Positions 61,421-64,000 of a stretch of 64,000 nucleotides of DNA are shown in pieces. The stretch spans positions 25,680,954 to 25,744,953 of the forward strand of contig CP154954.1 of NCBI GenBank assembly GCA_039621445.1, in the 5' to 3' direction. Source of the DNA: Euglena gracilis. Lineage: Eukaryota. The stretch's first letter is position 1. Every line of letters starts with the position of its first letter. The notes beneath the pieces were generated by a model. It searched no databases and was not told where the DNA came from. It saw only the letters and a program-made list of their open reading frames with translations. The position numbers and the translations under genes are program-made.

Positions 61421-62199
61421 GCAGGCCCAGTCCAAAAAAAATAAAAGATGCCAGCACAGATTTTGTGATCTTCCATGAATAAGACTGAGAATAAGATGGG
61501 TTAAGTTGGACATTCTTAAAAAAAGCTTTCCTTCTCCAGGGTTCATTTGAAAAATCTCCTGAGCAGAAAATTTTTCCAAAACTGGGCCACGGACTTTTCC
61601 GAAAAATACTTCATGTAATCACCTGAAACTGCAGTAGCTGGGGGGGGGGCTGGTGACGTCGCACCGCACTGTTGGGGGGGGGGGGGCTTCGCACATTCGG
61701 GGGGGGGGGGCTGGTTGACTGCGGGGGGGGGGGAGGGTGACTTCGCACCGCACTAGTAGCAGCTGTAAACTTAAATGTACTGGCACCTCAACGTTATTGA
61801 TTTGAACCCACAAGGGGCCTTCACTTCAAGGGGCCTTCACTTCTCATCCCGAACCAGTGTCAGTTCTTGATATGAAAGACGATTGATTTCCTGACCCAAA
61901 GGATAAAAATTTGAAAAGATATGCGGTGTGGAGTACCTTTGGAAACAGCAGCCCAACGATCAACGGTGAGTTAACCACATTCCAATTAGGAAAAGCTCGC
62001 TGCGATCCCAATCGCGATCATTTGTACCAAAGATGTGAACACTATTTTCGAGCACTGTGCCTGCTCGAACAGAGAAATATCGCAAAGAGAGTGGTTCGAC
62101 TTTAGAATTTCTTGAATTTAGTATGTTCTACTTTTCGAGACCCCCGGTATTCCCATCCCAAGAGGCCACTTTATAGTTGGGGGGGGGAATAGTTGGGGG

Positions 62200-63382
62200 G
62201 TCGCTGAGCTCTTATCCCTTTATGGGTAAGCTTACCCCTGGGGGAAAACCACGAACCCCCCTTCCCTCCCCTCAGGGCCACCTCGGGAACCGGCGGATTA
62301 TCACCATGATCCCGGCCCCGTTCCCGAAAAAAAAATTTCAGTCGCGAGCGACTGGATTCCTAGTTTCTGAATAACCTGAGTTTGACTCCCAACTCCCCGC
62401 CAAAAAAATGTCAATTTTCAAAATATCTCCAAAATGAAGCCAAATCAAAGGAAATGTCCGGAGACCTAATTTGAAGCCCTTGGAACGCCCCATCTACCGG
62501 TATTTTGATTTCCCCGCAACTCCCCGCCCAGCCCGAGATACGGCCGTTTTCGGCCCCGATGGCCGTTTTGTACACTTTTCCCACTGTCCGACTTAGCCGT
62601 TTTCAGGGGGTGGGGGGTCAAAAAATCAATGTTTTCAAAATATCTCGAAAATGAAGCCAAATCAAAGGAAATGTCCGGAGGCCTAAATTGAAGCCCTTGG
62701 AATGCCCAATCTACTGGTATTTTGGTTTCCCCGCAACTCACCGCCTAGCCCGAGATACAGCCGTTTTTCGGCCAATTTGGGACATTTTGTACACTTTTTC
62801 CACTGTCCGACTTGGCCGTTTTCGGCCAAAAAAGTCAAAGAAAAACCGAAAAAAAAAAAATTTTGCCCGAAACGATGTTTTTTGGCCTCCCGGACCCGGA
62901 AAAACTGTTTTTGGGCCGAAAATGAGCGTTTTTCACCCCGCCAGCGCCCCGTTTTGGGCCGCCAACCCATTCATTGACTTTGGGTCAAACCCGGGTCAAA
63001 AAAAAGTCCAAAAGAATCGAAAAATATTTTTGCCCAAAACGATCTTTTTTGGCCTCCAGGACCCGGGAAAACTGTTTTTGTGCCGAAAATGAGCGTTTTT
63101 TGACCCGTTTTGGGCCCGACACCAATGGACTTAGGGTCATTTTCGGGTCAAAAAAGTCGAAAAATAATTGCCCGAAACGATGTTCTTTGGCCTCCCGGAC
63201 CCGGAAAAGGTGTTTTTTTTGAGCCAAAAATGAGCGTTTTTTGACCCGCCAGTGCCCCGTTTCGGGCACAAAACCCTTGCATTTCAGTCAAAAGACCTCC
63301 ATGGAGTGGGCCGGTTTATGTGGGGGGTCAATGAAGGGGTGGGTGCACGCTTATTAAGAGCTCAGCACTATTCAAAACCTGG
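62200..63382 (+). mobile_element. Asymmetric sub-TIR family (copy B)
   Basis: gtcgctgagctctta ... taagagctcagcactattcaaaacctgg. Confidence 0.75.
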
Positions 63383-64000
63383 TTCCTGTGATTGGAAAGA
63401 AAAATCTCAAAAAAAATCTTGCCCCTTCGCAACGTACCTTCAAAAAATGCCAACCCCCCCCCAACTATTCCCAAAGGCCGAGGGAATAGTTGGGGGGGCA
63501 TCGTAATTCTACAATGTTGCGCTCCTTTGGATTTCGCTGAAATTCGACATGGGAATGTGTCTCTGGCTGTGTCAATCGTTCAAGTAAACTTACCCCTCAA
63601 TCCAAAGCTCTTGTCATCAGACGACTAATGATGACCAGCAAATTCAGCCACGCTGCACAGTGGAGATCAGGCTGTGAACTTTGGGATTTTGGCCCCCCCC
63701 CCCCCCCCCCGGTGAAGTTCACCGTTTGAAAGTTCACCGGGGGGTCCCGGACCTTCCCCCTCCCAACGGTGAACTTCACTGGTGAAGTTTCACCACAAGA
63801 GCACTTTTTTGGCCAAAAATGGCCAAAAATGACATTTTGGGCAAGTTTTCGGAAATTTCGATAAAACTCCAAAGACCAAAATGACCATTTTGAGAGGAAA
63901 AGGACAGGGCTGGATATAGGTATAGGTTGGCAAAAAGACCTATACCTATATGTGGACAACCTATACCAAAACCTATACGTATGTGTCGCCTATATGTCTG

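Overview
Eukaryotic nuclear DNA, intron-rich and packed with transposons, most likely from a euglenid. Two things point there: GTGYG-type 5' splice sites with no GTRAG, and non-GT-AG structured introns. Three genes lie in tandem on the minus strand. (1) The 5' part of a metallo-beta-lactamase-like (HPFH motif) gene at 3012-1052 is interrupted by three euglenid-type nonconventional introns whose ends base-pair (+4..+6 with -8..-6). (2) DNA topoisomerase III beta (TOP3B) has 25 phase-consistent exons from 34275 to 3854, 22 GT-AG and 2 GC-AG introns, and no visible canonical N-terminal exons. (3) The tentative 3' part of an unknown gene lies at 59050-47801. Introns and intergenic DNA hold nested non-autonomous DNA transposons: an unassigned family with CTTAGGCGGCC-N6-GCACTTAAG TIRs, 5-bp TSDs and element-specific GCGC-N4-GCGC arrays; hAT-like CAG...CTG MITEs with 8-bp TSDs; TA-TSD MITEs; a family with asymmetric subterminal inverted repeats; and a Crypton-like tyrosine recombinase relic. 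Microsatellites are also present. All calls come from manual reading and remembered family motifs; no searches were run.
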